The position numbers and the translations under genes are program-made. The notes below the pieces were generated by a model. The model saw nothing but the letters and a program-made list of their open reading frames with translations. It did no database searches and had not been told where the DNA came from. 64,000 bases of DNA from a virus. The stretch lies in the IMG/VR virus record IMGVR_UViG_3300005537_000002, positions 96,001 to 160,000 of that record; one strand, 5' to 3'. Below are positions 19,347 through 29,388 of the stretch, one piece after another (the first letter of the stretch is position 1; every line of letters begins with the position of its first letter).

Positions 19347-19682
19347 ATGGGAGCGCTATTTGAGCGCCGACCGGAAAACGCTATTCCGAGGCACGTGAGA
19401 ACTATGCTGCAAATGTTGTTAGACAACCAGCCGGAGTTTGCTGGTCGAACGTATCCTGGTATGCCAGATGAGATGTTAGGACCTCACTCGGCAAGCTTCG
19501 TAATGGAGTACCATGGACAGGCACTAGTTGTTACTGTCACTGACGTGGACTCTGTCGCACTAGCGAGGGAGGACGAAAGTGACATGCCCGAGTTTGTGGA
19601 GGCTCAGTTGTATCGTATGTGGGAGAACGGACCAACCGACGAACCCGTCGTACAACCACCACTCTGGTATGAGGAGGACTAA
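19347..19682 (+). CDS. hypothetical protein
   Basis: SD GGAGG. Confidence 0.8.
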   Translation: MGALFERRPENAIPRHVRTMLQMLLDNQPEFAGRTYPGMPDEMLGPHSASFVMEYHGQALVVTVTDVDSVALAREDESDMPEFVEAQLYRMWENGPTDEPVVQPPLWYEED

Positions 19683-19685
19683 ACT

Positions 19686-20078
19686 ATGTCTAAGATCTCT
19701 TGGTACACACTACTAAGCCGTCTGAACGAATCTTGGTTAGAAGAGAATGACATGTTAGGAGAAGTAACTGAGATATACTTGCAAGAACCCGAACACAAGG
19801 TAGGAGATATGGTAGCACTCTTCTACCACCTACTCGACTGTGGTGATGACTTTTTCTGCCACTCGGATAGACATAACCCAGCTTATGCTGCTGAGAACGC
19901 TCTTACCAGCGACGGAGACGAAGTTATCCGATTCACATTCCCCAACGGTAGCGAGTTTTACCTGACAGTAAGTAAAACTCCACCGGAAGGAGTCTCTACT
20001 GCATTCGAAAACACGTTCGACAGAGGTTCTAGCTACCGTACCGAGGAGTTGCTAGAACGACTCGGTTGGGAGGACTAA
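19686..20078 (+). CDS. hypothetical protein
   Basis: IRFTFPNGSEFYLTV hairpin-like motif. Confidence 0.8.
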   Translation: MSKISWYTLLSRLNESWLEENDMLGEVTEIYLQEPEHKVGDMVALFYHLLDCGDDFFCHSDRHNPAYAAENALTSDGDEVIRFTFPNGSEFYLTVSKTPPEGVSTAFENTFDRGSSYRTEELLERLGWED

Positions 20079-20081
20079 GCT

Positions 20082-20357
20082 ATGTCTAGACGAAGTTGGA
20101 AACGTATACCACTCCGACAACGCTTGGAGGAAGCTTGGCAGTCGAACCCATGGTACGAACAATCGCTGTACACGTACAGGCTGTATACGAGTGAGGACGA
20201 TACTTGGAGCTTCCAACAGCACCCGTTGCCGGAACGTTGCGGTCAGTGTCAGGAACTCTCCGGTTGGTGGGATCCGAGAATCGGTACATACCACTGTGCT
20301 AATTGCGGGTCGTACCGAACTCAACTTGCTATACAGGGCATCGTTTGGGTGCTATAG
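20082..20357 (+). CDS. zinc-ribbon protein
   Basis: CGQC...YHCANCG. Confidence 0.75.
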   Translation: MSRRSWKRIPLRQRLEEAWQSNPWYEQSLYTYRLYTSEDDTWSFQQHPLPERCGQCQELSGWWDPRIGTYHCANCGSYRTQLAIQGIVWVL

Positions 20358-20397
20358 TATAGGCCTCTTGTTTTCAGTGGGAGGTTTATATTATAAT
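20358..20397 (+). promoter_or_regulatory. phage early promoter (copy 7) with hairpin around -35
   Basis: TTGTTT(20368-73)-N18-TATAAT(20392-97); stem TATAGGCCTC/GAGGTTTATA with G-U pairs. Confidence 0.85.
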
Positions 20398-20437
20398 ATA
20401 ATATATAAATGAACTTACAATACACGAAGGAGGGATC

Positions 20438-21088
20438 ATGCTACTACTACGCATACACGTACCAAGTAAAGAGGAGGGGGATCGGTTTCACCATACGGGG
20501 CCTACTGACAAGATGGTGGAAGGTGTACGACTATATGGCACGTTTGGTGTCATTACTAGAGAAGACAAACCCACTTCAGTGGGGTATCGCGGTGGTGGGA
20601 GTTACGAGTCTGACGATAGTTATGTAGGATCTGCAGACATCACTTGCGACGACGACCAGATAGAGGCTACCTTCCAGTGGTTGCACTCCAACGGCTTTTG
20701 GAACGTAACGATAGAAGATGCTGGCTTCTATGTCGAACATGATCAACGAGAGGCCGACCGGAAAGCACAATTGCAATGGAAGAAGGACCACGCAACTGAA
20801 CTGTTGGACCAGATCGTTACGATAGCCGTAGCAGAAGAACACCAAGCAGTATACAGACTTCCTTACCGGTGCATCTACGAAGTTATGTTGAGAGCATCAG
20901 TTAACTTCTCGATTCCAGACGATGAGGACGATCCGAACAGTTCAACACACCCACTTACTCCCGCGGAGTTCTTTGAGATGCTCGACGAAGTCGGTTTGTG
21001 TAACCGGTGGTTCCGACTAAGTAACGCATTGTACGAAGCCGACTGGCAACAGTATAAAGTAGCTGACATTAACCACTGGGTTGTATAG
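20438..21088 (+). CDS. hypothetical protein
   Basis: SD AAGGAGGG. Confidence 0.85.
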   Translation: MLLLRIHVPSKEEGDRFHHTGPTDKMVEGVRLYGTFGVITREDKPTSVGYRGGGSYESDDSYVGSADITCDDDQIEATFQWLHSNGFWNVTIEDAGFYVEHDQREADRKAQLQWKKDHATELLDQIVTIAVAEEHQAVYRLPYRCIYEVMLRASVNFSIPDDEDDPNSSTHPLTPAEFFEMLDEVGLCNRWFRLSNALYEADWQQYKVADINHWVV

Positions 21089-21103
21089 ATATGGAGTCTA
21101 GCC

Positions 21104-21445
21104 GTGATGAGTGAACGCGAAGATGCCCGATCAGAGGAGTACGTAGAGTTACCCCTACCGAAGCGTATCTACTATCAAATGTTGGATGCTGTTTCTCGTG
21201 TTTTGAAAAGAGATATGACTGACACCGAGTGGTATGCAGCCGGTAGACCTATGCTTGCAGCAGAAGTCCCACCCAGACGTACTCGCAAGGTGTATAACAC
21301 ATCGTACTGCAGACATTGCAACCGAAATAAAGTTGCAAGTTGGTCAAAGACCAAACTCTGTAGGTCTTGTAGGCAGCTACACTACACCCGGGGTTGGCCT
21401 ACCGAAGCTCCGAATACTGTAGAGGAGTCCAACGATGTTCAGTAG
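21104..21445 (+). CDS. zinc-finger protein
   Basis: YCRHC...LCRSC. Confidence 0.75.
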   Translation: MMSEREDARSEEYVELPLPKRIYYQMLDAVSRVLKRDMTDTEWYAAGRPMLAAEVPPRRTRKVYNTSYCRHCNRNKVASWSKTKLCRSCRQLHYTRGWPTEAPNTVEESNDVQ

Positions 21446-21842
21446 TAGGGATAACCGGTTGCACGCACGTTATATCAACGGTATACCCGTGGGTGAGTGG
21501 TTGATGCAACAGCCAGAGTGGGTAGAGGTGTTTGAGCGTATTAAGCCGACCTACTTAGGTATGACAGTGACTTGCCGCTATAATGGGTACGACGAGTCGA
21601 CAAGTACTTACTACACTCGTAGGTCTACTGTCGTGGATGTGGATATGGGGGCTCACGGTAATGGAGTCTGGTTGGTCGTTGCAAGTAGGGAGTTTGGTAA
21701 GTTAGTACGATTGCCGGGATATGCAATCGTCGTAAGGAATAGACTTATTAAGACTTACCTCGACGATTTGGATCGAGAGCGTAGAGCTAGGTACTTACTA
21801 CGTTCGCAATTACATGTAGCTGTCGATGTACCAATGGACTAG
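21435..21842 (+). CDS. hypothetical protein
   Basis: SD GAGGAG. Confidence 0.8.
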   Translation: MFSSRDNRLHARYINGIPVGEWLMQQPEWVEVFERIKPTYLGMTVTCRYNGYDESTSTYYTRRSTVVDVDMGAHGNGVWLVVASREFGKLVRLPGYAIVVRNRLIKTYLDDLDRERRARYLLRSQLHVAVDVPMD

Positions 21843-21866
21843 TCACTGTGCTAGAGGAGGTCAACT

Positions 21867-22271
21867 ATGACACTGGAAGAACTGAACGAACGGTTACCGG
21901 AAGAGTTGAGAAGCCGTACGTTAGAGGGAATCAACGAACGCATCATCAACCATCCAGCGTTGGGGGTTACATATTGTATCTCGCAAGGGCAATTGGACCG
22001 TACAATTGCGGGAGATGAGTGGTCAGAGTACGCGAGTAACTTAGTCTTAGCCGACATTCAGCAGGAGGTTGTGGCAGCTCGAATGCGTCTGTTCTTAGGA
22101 GACATCTTCTCGAAGATGGTTGAGTTCGGTGCCGAACTTATCGAACTGGAAGCTGATAGATGGCGTCGGCTACTAGACTACAACGGAGACTGGACGAGTT
22201 CTCTCAACTATGATAACGATTGGTTTGCTGTGAGACTTAGTAAAGAGCTTGAAAAGAAGGGGTTACTATGA
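21867..22271 (+). CDS. hypothetical protein
   Basis: SD GAGGAGG. Confidence 0.85.
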   Translation: MTLEELNERLPEELRSRTLEGINERIINHPALGVTYCISQGQLDRTIAGDEWSEYASNLVLADIQQEVVAARMRLFLGDIFSKMVEFGAELIELEADRWRRLLDYNGDWTSSLNYDNDWFAVRLSKELEKKGLL

Positions 22272-22600
22272 GTGACAATCCGTATGAGTTGCGTAGTTTT
22301 GATCGAGAAGCACTGATAAAGGCAGTGCAACCCGAACATCCGGATGAGTTTAGCGCGTATTACTACTTGATGGAGCAGGCAGGCTTGTTCCGATGGCTGG
22401 CATTCGAGACAGATGAAATGTCTACCGCAGCTCAGGAGCAGGTCGCGGAGACATTTGAGAGCGTTGCCGCAGCAAAAATCTGCTGCTTTGACTTTGACTC
22501 TGTGTCAACAGACTGCAACCTGCTACTAGTTTATACTGACACCCAGTTACATAGCGTACTAACGCACGCGTGTCAGTACTACGAAGAGGAGGTCGAGTAG
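22268..22600 (+). CDS. hypothetical protein
   Basis: ATGA overlap. Confidence 0.8.
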   Translation: MSDNPYELRSFDREALIKAVQPEHPDEFSAYYYLMEQAGLFRWLAFETDEMSTAAQEQVAETFESVAAAKICCFDFDSVSTDCNLLLVYTDTQLHSVLTHACQYYEEEVE

Positions 22601-22606
22601 ACTACT

Positions 22607-22930
22607 ATGCAGACCGGCGGATATGAAGGGTACACGCTACGCAAGTTCGATTACGTCGACGTACGTGAGATCACTGGCAGATACGAGATGAGCCTTGAGG
22701 ATTGCCAAGCATATGTACAAGGGCATATACAAGTAGACGTCACCATACCTTTTAGTGCAGAAGTCGTAGGTAAGGTAGGGGTAGTAAGAAAGGTTGCAGA
22801 AGTAATAGAGTACCTAAGGCCGGACCTTATATGCTTTCAGTACGTCGTAGTAGGAGGTGCCTTGTTAGTAATCGCCCATCGCAACGGATCGTTCGCTAGA
22901 CAACTGCTACAAAGGTGTACGTATGAGTGA
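22607..22930 (+). CDS. hypothetical protein
   Basis: Co-oriented ORF. Confidence 0.8.
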   Translation: MQTGGYEGYTLRKFDYVDVREITGRYEMSLEDCQAYVQGHIQVDVTIPFSAEVVGKVGVVRKVAEVIEYLRPDLICFQYVVVGGALLVIAHRNGSFARQLLQRCTYE

Positions 22931-23318
22931 CAGGCTAGACGACGAGTATGCTAAGGCTGTAGAAGACCTAGCCCGATCGGAGTTGCGAGGAGAGGTTACT
23001 GCAGAGGAGTTGGTGTGGCTGTACTCTAACCTACAGTGGTGGCGAGATGCTCTCCAACGCATTTACGAAGACCAAATGAGGTTTATCGAGTCGATGGCTC
23101 GATCGATGGAGTCCATCGGCAAGATAAAGAAGGGAAGTGACACGCAACGGACGTCACAGGAAGCTAGAGAACGGAAGTCTGCTCTCTTCAACCGTATTAA
23201 AAGTCGTAAGCGTTACCTGGAGTGTATCAAAGCACGTAAGTTGACGGTAGACAACTACATCTACATACGAAACCGACAAGCACAGATCTCGGACGCAGAA
23301 GGGGACGACAATGGGTAG
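22923..23318 (+). CDS. coiled-coil hypothetical protein
   Basis: Helical, basic C-terminal half. Confidence 0.8.
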   Translation: MSDRLDDEYAKAVEDLARSELRGEVTAEELVWLYSNLQWWRDALQRIYEDQMRFIESMARSMESIGKIKKGSDTQRTSQEARERKSALFNRIKSRKRYLECIKARKLTVDNYIYIRNRQAQISDAEGDDNG

Positions 23319-23631
23319 AGAAGACCCTAGAACAGATCCTTATGAATCATATTATGGAGAAGAACCGTTTGACAAGACTCCCTATACTCGATCAGAGGAG
23401 TTTCAGTCGGCTCTGGATAGCTCTGACTGTAAGGGGGTTGAAGAGGCACACGCTTTAGGTTTAGCACAGTTGTATGAGCTGCAGGACGAAGTTAACGACG
23501 CTATTAGGATAGCTATTGCAAAGAAGGTGATGAAAGTACTCGGTCGTATGTTGACTGAGGACGAGCAGGAAGATCTTAGAGACTGGTACGTGTCCGAGAC
23601 TAGATGGCTGATAGGAGTTATAGAAAGCTAG
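23311..23631 (+). CDS. hypothetical protein
   Basis: Paralogue of the next gene. Confidence 0.8.
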   Translation: MGREDPRTDPYESYYGEEPFDKTPYTRSEEFQSALDSSDCKGVEEAHALGLAQLYELQDEVNDAIRIAIAKKVMKVLGRMLTEDEQEDLRDWYVSETRWLIGVIES

Positions 23632-23645
23632 GAGGGAAATCGACA

Positions 23646-23945
23646 ATGGGTAGAGACATTGATCCGGACGAGTATGAGTACGAGCGACCTACGGATTTGG
23701 ATGAGGCGTTAAAGACCGTAGGAGATCTACCGACAGTTAAGGATGCTGAAGAAGTGGCATTCGGTCGCCTAGCGGAAGCAGCTGGAGTAGCAGATGAGTA
23801 TATAAGGGACGTAATAGTACGCGAACTGTCCGCCATGTTGCAACGTACACTGAGTAGGGAGGAGGTTGACGACGTAATGGAGTGGGTGCAGTCTAGTCTC
23901 CCGTCAGTTGGTTGGAGCATAGTTAGCAGAAGAGACGGAGTATAG
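23646..23945 (+). CDS. hypothetical protein
   Basis: Start moved to ATG 23646 (SD GGAGGG). Confidence 0.8.
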   Translation: MGRDIDPDEYEYERPTDLDEALKTVGDLPTVKDAEEVAFGRLAEAAGVADEYIRDVIVRELSAMLQRTLSREEVDDVMEWVQSSLPSVGWSIVSRRDGV

Positions 23946-23947
23946 CC

Positions 23948-24475
23948 ATGATGAGGGTGAGTGAGTTGTTACACTCACTACAAGCTCTAAAAGAGGACGA
24001 ACAGTTCTCTACGCTATATCCACTTATGTTAGGTATTAGCGGACCGTATAGCTTCCAGACTAGAAGAGGGCGACGACAGTACTACACGACACTGCAGGGC
24101 ATAGCTGACATAGCAGACGACGACACTGTGCTAGGCCACAAAACTGGAGATTTCTTTAGCGAGGCAGATAGAGAGTCCGCCGGCGAGTACGAGATCGGCA
24201 TCGAGCGGTTGGTGTATATTATAGGTAATATGGTACCCAACGCTGAAGATGCTATGACCGTGTCTGAAGCCGAGCGTAAGTTAGCACAGCTGTGTAAGTA
24301 CGGTTTAGGGAACGCTGGCGTGGTATTGATACTGGACTGTGACGAGGACGTACCTTGTACGGAGGTTGCGTCAGTGGCAGTAAGTAATGGTCGAGTAGAG
24401 CTAGTTTCGACTGGAGCTACCAGTTGGTGTCACATCGGCTTACAGAACTGGTCGAGGTTTCAGAGGAGGATGTAA
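23948..24475 (+). CDS. hypothetical protein
   Basis: SD GGAG. Confidence 0.8.
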   Translation: MMRVSELLHSLQALKEDEQFSTLYPLMLGISGPYSFQTRRGRRQYYTTLQGIADIADDDTVLGHKTGDFFSEADRESAGEYEIGIERLVYIIGNMVPNAEDAMTVSEAERKLAQLCKYGLGNAGVVLILDCDEDVPCTEVASVAVSNGRVELVSTGATSWCHIGLQNWSRFQRRM

Positions 24476-24510
24476 GAGTATATGTCACACTACGATGATT
24501 AAGGAGAAGT

Positions 24511-24906
24511 ATGTCGTATAATAACAGTCGAGGACCTAGGAGAATACCTCTGACATGGTTTGAGTTGAAATCAATCACTCCTCAACCTCTATTACATAAG
24601 GGTACAGTATATGCACAACAGTTAACTGGTACACACTTCGATCCTGAGAGATGCTCAACTCAAGCATGGCGTGAGTGGGCTTATGATGCCATGCTTGTCG
24701 GCATTCGAAGAGCCTTTTGCGAGGAGCTGATTGAACGCTTACAGAAAGTTGCACTAGAGTACACTACTCAAACACACCAGCACATTAGTGCTTTCCAAGT
24801 ACTGTATAGTGTCGGGAACGACAACTTGTTCCCGGATAACTTAGGAGTCGACCTAGATAGGGACATTGGCGACAACATCTGGCGTCGAGTATCCCGACCT
24901 GACTAG
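24511..24906 (+). CDS. hypothetical protein
   Basis: SD AAGGAG. Confidence 0.8.
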   Translation: MSYNNSRGPRRIPLTWFELKSITPQPLLHKGTVYAQQLTGTHFDPERCSTQAWREWAYDAMLVGIRRAFCEELIERLQKVALEYTTQTHQHISAFQVLYSVGNDNLFPDNLGVDLDRDIGDNIWRRVSRPD

Positions 24907-24910
24907 GTCC

Positions 24911-24977
24911 ACAAGAGGCCGAAAGCTATTATACTTTCGGCCTCTTGTTTTCGATTGGGTGAATATTTTATAATATA
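24911..24977 (+). repeat. 67-bp exact direct repeat, copy B (terminator + promoter copy 8)
   Basis: Identical to 10394-10460; TTGTTT(24945-50)-N18-TATAAT(24969-74). Confidence 0.95.
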
Positions 24978-25021
24978 TTATATAAATATAATTCTTTCAC
25001 ACCTAACGAAAGGGGTAGCTA

Positions 25022-25333
25022 ATGAATACACTAGTTGGTACAGTTACGGACATCTCTCCGCGGAGGCTTAGGCTTTCACTCATTCGCGGCGGTGGACCTA
25101 TCGGTACGCCATTGGTTGTAGTCGAGATGTCCGTAGAGGACCCCTACCGATCTTACTTTGGAGTGAGTTCACGGCAGGAGTTCTGGGGTAGCCGATGGGA
25201 TGAGATTGCAGCCCCACAAGATATTCAGGTCGGTACGCGAGTGCGTATCGGTCTCAACCCCATCGGTATCCCGATGGACATTCGAAAGGAGGCACTGAGT
25301 GAGACAAACACCATCGACCCCCGAGTTCTTTGA
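25022..25333 (+). CDS. hypothetical protein
   Basis: SD AAGGGG; beta-rich. Confidence 0.8.
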   Translation: MNTLVGTVTDISPRRLRLSLIRGGGPIGTPLVVVEMSVEDPYRSYFGVSSRQEFWGSRWDEIAAPQDIQVGTRVRIGLNPIGIPMDIRKEALSETNTIDPRVL

Positions 25334-25664
25334 TCAGTGGGTACAGAGCTTTGCTAGGCGTGGAGAGCGGCCACGACACTGGAACGTTCCACCGGAGCAT
25401 CCGCGTCTAGTAGAGTTATGCACTCTGCTCGGAACAGAGGTGAGTGATATAGCGGTCATTCACAGTATACAGTCAGAACCACCGGAGGAGTGTCGCACAT
25501 CAAAAAGTGGGCGGAGGTACTCAATGCAAATTGGGTCTCGTGTGACATGGAAGATGGGGTATGACTTCCGAACGGCTGCTCCATACGCCTTCGTATGGCT
25601 TGATGGAGAGCAGGTCGTCTACAGATGGCCACAACAAGGCCAGTCATCACACTGGCTAGATTAA
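25299..25664 (+). CDS. hypothetical protein
   Basis: SD AAGGAGG, GTG start. Confidence 0.8.
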   Translation: MRQTPSTPEFFDQWVQSFARRGERPRHWNVPPEHPRLVELCTLLGTEVSDIAVIHSIQSEPPEECRTSKSGRRYSMQIGSRVTWKMGYDFRTAAPYAFVWLDGEQVVYRWPQQGQSSHWLD

Positions 25665-26293
25665 ATGCTAGTTTATGTTGTTTAGTAGGGAGAACCAACT
25701 TGAGAGAGGACGAGCTAAAAGCTCTATACGACGAACTGGTAGGCGTCGCTAAGTTCTCAGTCATGAGAGCGTTGCTAGACGTAGCGGATAACAACGGAAG
25801 TAGATGGAGTGAGGACCTAGCAGACACCTGCTACTCGATGACGGAGCAAGAGGCTGAAGGATTAGCACAGGTGTTTGTCGAGGATCCGGTTGGTGACATG
25901 CTAGTCTACTTCACGGACGAGCTTAGACACCTGATAAGGAAATATACCCACAAACCAGTCGAGGTAGTTGAGCGTGAAGGCTTTACTATCGGAGACCACA
26001 TGGCAGTGGACGGTAGCGTAGAGGTACGCTACTATACCATTGCTGGACCAGGGGTGTACACGAAGTCTTCAGCTGGTTTACAGCACTGCCTCGACGTGTT
26101 ACGAGCACAGCCAGACCTCACTGTGCTACCAAACCGAAATGGGATTTATCAGGCCTATGTCAGTTGCAGTCTGATACAACGACCCTCACTAGACGCCCTG
26201 CGGAGCTATATCGGAGGCATACTTGTTGAGGCGGGCATCCAGCCACTACAGACAAGTATCGTCTTGCAGTTTGGAGGAGAGCCGTATGAATAA
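25625..26293 (+). CDS. hypothetical protein
   Basis: 222-aa ORF; start uncertain. Confidence 0.8.
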   Translation: MATTRPVITLARLNASLCCLVGRTNLREDELKALYDELVGVAKFSVMRALLDVADNNGSRWSEDLADTCYSMTEQEAEGLAQVFVEDPVGDMLVYFTDELRHLIRKYTHKPVEVVEREGFTIGDHMAVDGSVEVRYYTIAGPGVYTKSSAGLQHCLDVLRAQPDLTVLPNRNGIYQAYVSCSLIQRPSLDALRSYIGGILVEAGIQPLQTSIVLQFGGEPYE

Positions 26294-26765
26294 AGACCAG
26301 TTTACAGCATACGTTGAGTCGTTACCTGGGAAGTTTGTACTCGCAGTTGCAGAGCGTATTACAAACGGCGAGTGCGGTCTTTATGAGAGATTCGAGGTGC
26401 ACAAGACGCTAACGTACGCCATCGTGTGTAATGACTTACCTCATTGGGTGGATAAGTATATATTGGACTCCGAGCATCCCATCGAGTTTCCATACACTGG
26501 CGTCCACGAAGACTGGTGGTTGGTGCTCTACAACGCCTTTAACCGAGAGGCTCAAGTAGTTATAGCGGACAAAGCGATAGAGCACATGGGAGATGTGCTT
26601 AAGGAGTTCATGGAGGCTGTGCGTAACAATCTAGCGCCTCACTTCGAAGGGGAGTTCTACGAAGACCCGAACGATTTCTACAACATACTAGAGAAGTCGA
26701 TGGATAGTAAAGCGTTCCAAGTGTACATGCCGAACATCGCGGCTAAGAAGGAATTCACGATATGA
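26286..26765 (+). CDS. hypothetical protein
   Basis: Start moved to ATG 26286 (SD GGAGGAG). Confidence 0.85.
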   Translation: MNKDQFTAYVESLPGKFVLAVAERITNGECGLYERFEVHKTLTYAIVCNDLPHWVDKYILDSEHPIEFPYTGVHEDWWLVLYNAFNREAQVVIADKAIEHMGDVLKEFMEAVRNNLAPHFEGEFYEDPNDFYNILEKSMDSKAFQVYMPNIAAKKEFTI

Positions 26766-27568
26766 GTACGTGGTCTGGACTAACGGTACTCGATGAGGAG
26801 ACGCAATACCTCATCGAGTACGTAGAAGCGTTACTAGGGGAGCTGCGGTATACTCGTAGTCAGGTTGAGTACGTAACTGAAGCTGGTTTCTCAGTCCGTA
26901 GGGTACTATTAGAAGGGGAGCACTACCCTAGAGGCTCTTGGTGCTATGAGATACGGTACGAGATTCCTGAAGCGGACGTAGTAGCACACCCCAGCCGTAT
27001 TGGATTCCGTCGAGGTACTAAGTTGTGGAAAGTCCAGTTGGATCATCACACCGACCAGCAAATGATCAAGCAGCATTATGTCAGTCGGTATGCGAGAACC
27101 ATTAACCTATGGCTCTCTCACTATAAAGCGTATGAGTTCGTCGCCATAGACGACGTTAGTAGCTTACCAGAACCCGTATGTAGAGTTGAGTTCGTGGACG
27201 ACTACCCAAAACTGGAGACGTATTGGGGGGTTACTAACGAACGTCTGAAGTCTTACTGGCTGCGGTTCGCATTTAGTCATTGGAAGCTCATTAGAACACA
27301 GTTACATGAGTCCGAGGGGTTTACCATTTGCAAGACGCTAGTCGGTACTGTACCCGGATACGTTATTGGAGTAGATTATCCATCGTCCGCTAAGGATACT
27401 AGCATCTCTCTATACTATTATGATCCGAACGCGGACGTAGACGAGATTCAAGCGGAATCTGCTAAGTTAGCCAGAAGTTTACACGAGGTAGGAGAGGGTA
27501 TCTACGTCCGTACGAACTTGATGGGCATATCTCCGTATGCCCATATTCGAGTCTTCTTAACCGACTGA
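26762..27568 (+). CDS. hypothetical protein
   Basis: 268 aa; ATGA overlap. Confidence 0.85.
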   Translation: MSTWSGLTVLDEETQYLIEYVEALLGELRYTRSQVEYVTEAGFSVRRVLLEGEHYPRGSWCYEIRYEIPEADVVAHPSRIGFRRGTKLWKVQLDHHTDQQMIKQHYVSRYARTINLWLSHYKAYEFVAIDDVSSLPEPVCRVEFVDDYPKLETYWGVTNERLKSYWLRFAFSHWKLIRTQLHESEGFTICKTLVGTVPGYVIGVDYPSSAKDTSISLYYYDPNADVDEIQAESAKLARSLHEVGEGIYVRTNLMGISPYAHIRVFLTD

Positions 27569-27580
27569 CAAGGAGGATCT

Positions 27581-27958
27581 ATGACAGTAGACCCAGATCG
27601 AGAGTGGGACGACGAGTTCGATCCACGCAACCTACATCAAGTACGAGAGGTGATCTTAGACGCACTGTCGTTTAGAGTCACTCAGAACTCTGCCCGTAAG
27701 TTATACCCTAATGTATACAACTGGCTGTGTACGTATGCTTCGTCCATGAGTAACGTCCAGCACTCACCCGACGATAGGATTCAGTCCTTTGACTTGTACA
27801 ACAGAGTCCGTTGGTACGGAGAGGAAGATTTGAGCTCTCCGACGCGGGCTGTCACTGACAACGGACTACAACCTGTGCTACCTGGATTCGAACCTCCACA
27901 GTCAAGCCCAAGACGTTATCATATTACTATCGAAGTATTAGACAACTGGAAGGATTAG
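27581..27958 (+). CDS. hypothetical protein
   Basis: SD AAGGAGG. Confidence 0.85.
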   Translation: MTVDPDREWDDEFDPRNLHQVREVILDALSFRVTQNSARKLYPNVYNWLCTYASSMSNVQHSPDDRIQSFDLYNRVRWYGEEDLSSPTRAVTDNGLQPVLPGFEPPQSSPRRYHITIEVLDNWKD

Positions 27959-27962
27959 GTAT

Positions 27963-28193
27963 ATGTATAGAGCAGAGTGGGATAGGAGACTGCGAGAGAG
28001 CAAACGTCAGTTGGAGGAGATAGCTGAAGAGTTCTATCCGACGTGGCTCACAGAACTCGCCTCACTAACTGGAGAGAGTGTAGAGACGATAGACCGTAAG
28101 GTGATGTACATTGCAGAGCACACGACGTTAGGAGACAAGTACATAGTCATCAATACCTTGCTTATGTACTACCGACTCCCGTGGAAAGGCTAA
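27963..28193 (+). CDS. hypothetical protein
   Basis: Co-oriented ORF. Confidence 0.75.
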   Translation: MYRAEWDRRLRESKRQLEEIAEEFYPTWLTELASLTGESVETIDRKVMYIAEHTTLGDKYIVINTLLMYYRLPWKG

Positions 28194-28209
28194 ACGAGCA
28201 ACTACAAGT

Positions 28210-28242
28210 AGAGGTGCAAACGTAGTTTGCACCTCTTGTTTT
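28210..28242 (+). terminator. intrinsic terminator overlapping promoter -35
   Basis: AGAGGTGCAAAC-GTA-GTTTGCACCTCT then TGTTTT. Confidence 0.85.
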
Positions 28243-28265
28243 CAACCGGTAGAATTATTTATAAT
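28232..28265 (+). promoter_or_regulatory. phage early promoter (copy 9)
   Basis: TTGTTT(28236-41)-N18-TATAAT(28260-65). Confidence 0.85.
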
Positions 28266-28309
28266 ATATTATATAAATATAATCTTACACACCACATGGA
28301 GGACTAGTC

Positions 28310-28621
28310 ATGGATATGCGTACTTGGACCCGAACGATGTCCTTACAGGAGTACATCGCGTATGAGTGGAATGAGGGTGATTTGAAACTGGTTACAGATT
28401 TCATGCGTAAGTATACAGAAAAGTCGTGGACTGAAGTGTGCAGGCTCCGATTCGTCACGTTCTTTGCAGACCCTACGATGGAACTCCCCATACAACCGAA
28501 TGGGGAGTGCACTTTAATGGCGTACCAGTTCGGTATTTGGCATGAGGAAAGGCGGCCAACTCTAACCGTAGGCAACGATGTGTACATTTGTTGGGATATA
28601 GAAGAAGGTAAGGAGAACTAA
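28310..28621 (+). CDS. hypothetical protein
   Basis: SD GGAGG. Confidence 0.85.
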   Translation: MDMRTWTRTMSLQEYIAYEWNEGDLKLVTDFMRKYTEKSWTEVCRLRFVTFFADPTMELPIQPNGECTLMAYQFGIWHEERRPTLTVGNDVYICWDIEEGKEN

Positions 28622-28622
28622 T

Positions 28623-28946
28623 ATGACGCTAGAAGAGTTACGAGCAAGAGTCGGAGAACGAGACTGGGAAGCGTTCGAGTCAGTGTATGACGTAGCTAGC
28701 ATGCTTGCAGACGACGAGTTCGAGCTAGATTGGATTGACACCTGGGTCCGAGGTATGAACGACATGCACTGTGCTAGAGCTTTGCCTCGAGTACTAGCTA
28801 TGTGGACTATCGACTATATTCGCCGTTGCGATGCGAATATAGAAGTTGTACTCTCGGCAACTTCTTTTGCTAACCAAGCGTCGCCGAATTTCGGTGATGC
28901 CTTTATAGCGGCGGTACGACAGGAACTTCACAAAGAGGAGTCGTAA
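28623..28946 (+). CDS. hypothetical protein (module A1)
   Basis: MTLE..R..VGE..WEAF; paralogue of 29385. Confidence 0.85.
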   Translation: MTLEELRARVGERDWEAFESVYDVASMLADDEFELDWIDTWVRGMNDMHCARALPRVLAMWTIDYIRRCDANIEVVLSATSFANQASPNFGDAFIAAVRQELHKEES

Positions 28947-28950
28947 GCAC

Positions 28951-29388
28951 ATGTCAAACGTCATTGTGCTACGTCACCAAAAGACGTATATCGTGATAGG
29001 AACTCCGCTCGACGACTTAGACAAAATTCGAGCGGAGATACCAAATCTAAAACAGGGTGAGTGGAAGCTGTCCAGTCTAGACGACCTCTATCGAGCGTAT
29101 CAGGCACCGAGGGTGGGTCAAGTCTATGTAGGCGTAGAACTAGCGAAGGAGTTGCGTAGACTGACCGGCTGGATCGAACATGAGTACAGTGACGACACCG
29201 AGTACAAGCTCGTCACTAACGGTGAGGTCGGTAGAGTACTCATGTTCTACGCCTGTCACTTACGTAAGTGGAAGCACAGGTACTGGCCCATCAACCGTAA
29301 TACACTAGGTCAATGTGCTACGTGCTACAACTATGCACAAGCTGTTGGTGTACGTCCAGTTAAACTTAAGAAGGAGACAAGCAAATGA
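28951..29388 (+). CDS. hypothetical protein (module B1)
   Basis: LRH..YIV.G, W.LS.LD.L, VYVG; paralogue of 29722. Confidence 0.85.
   Translation: MSNVIVLRHQKTYIVIGTPLDDLDKIRAEIPNLKQGEWKLSSLDDLYRAYQAPRVGQVYVGVELAKELRRLTGWIEHEYSDDTEYKLVTNGEVGRVLMFYACHLRKWKHRYWPINRNTLGQCATCYNYAQAVGVRPVKLKKETSK

Noticed and set aside
27880-27900. GGTTCGAATCC on the - strand, resembling a tRNA T-loop
   Set aside because: The T-stem does not pair, there are no D or acceptor arms, and it lies inside a good + strand CDS.
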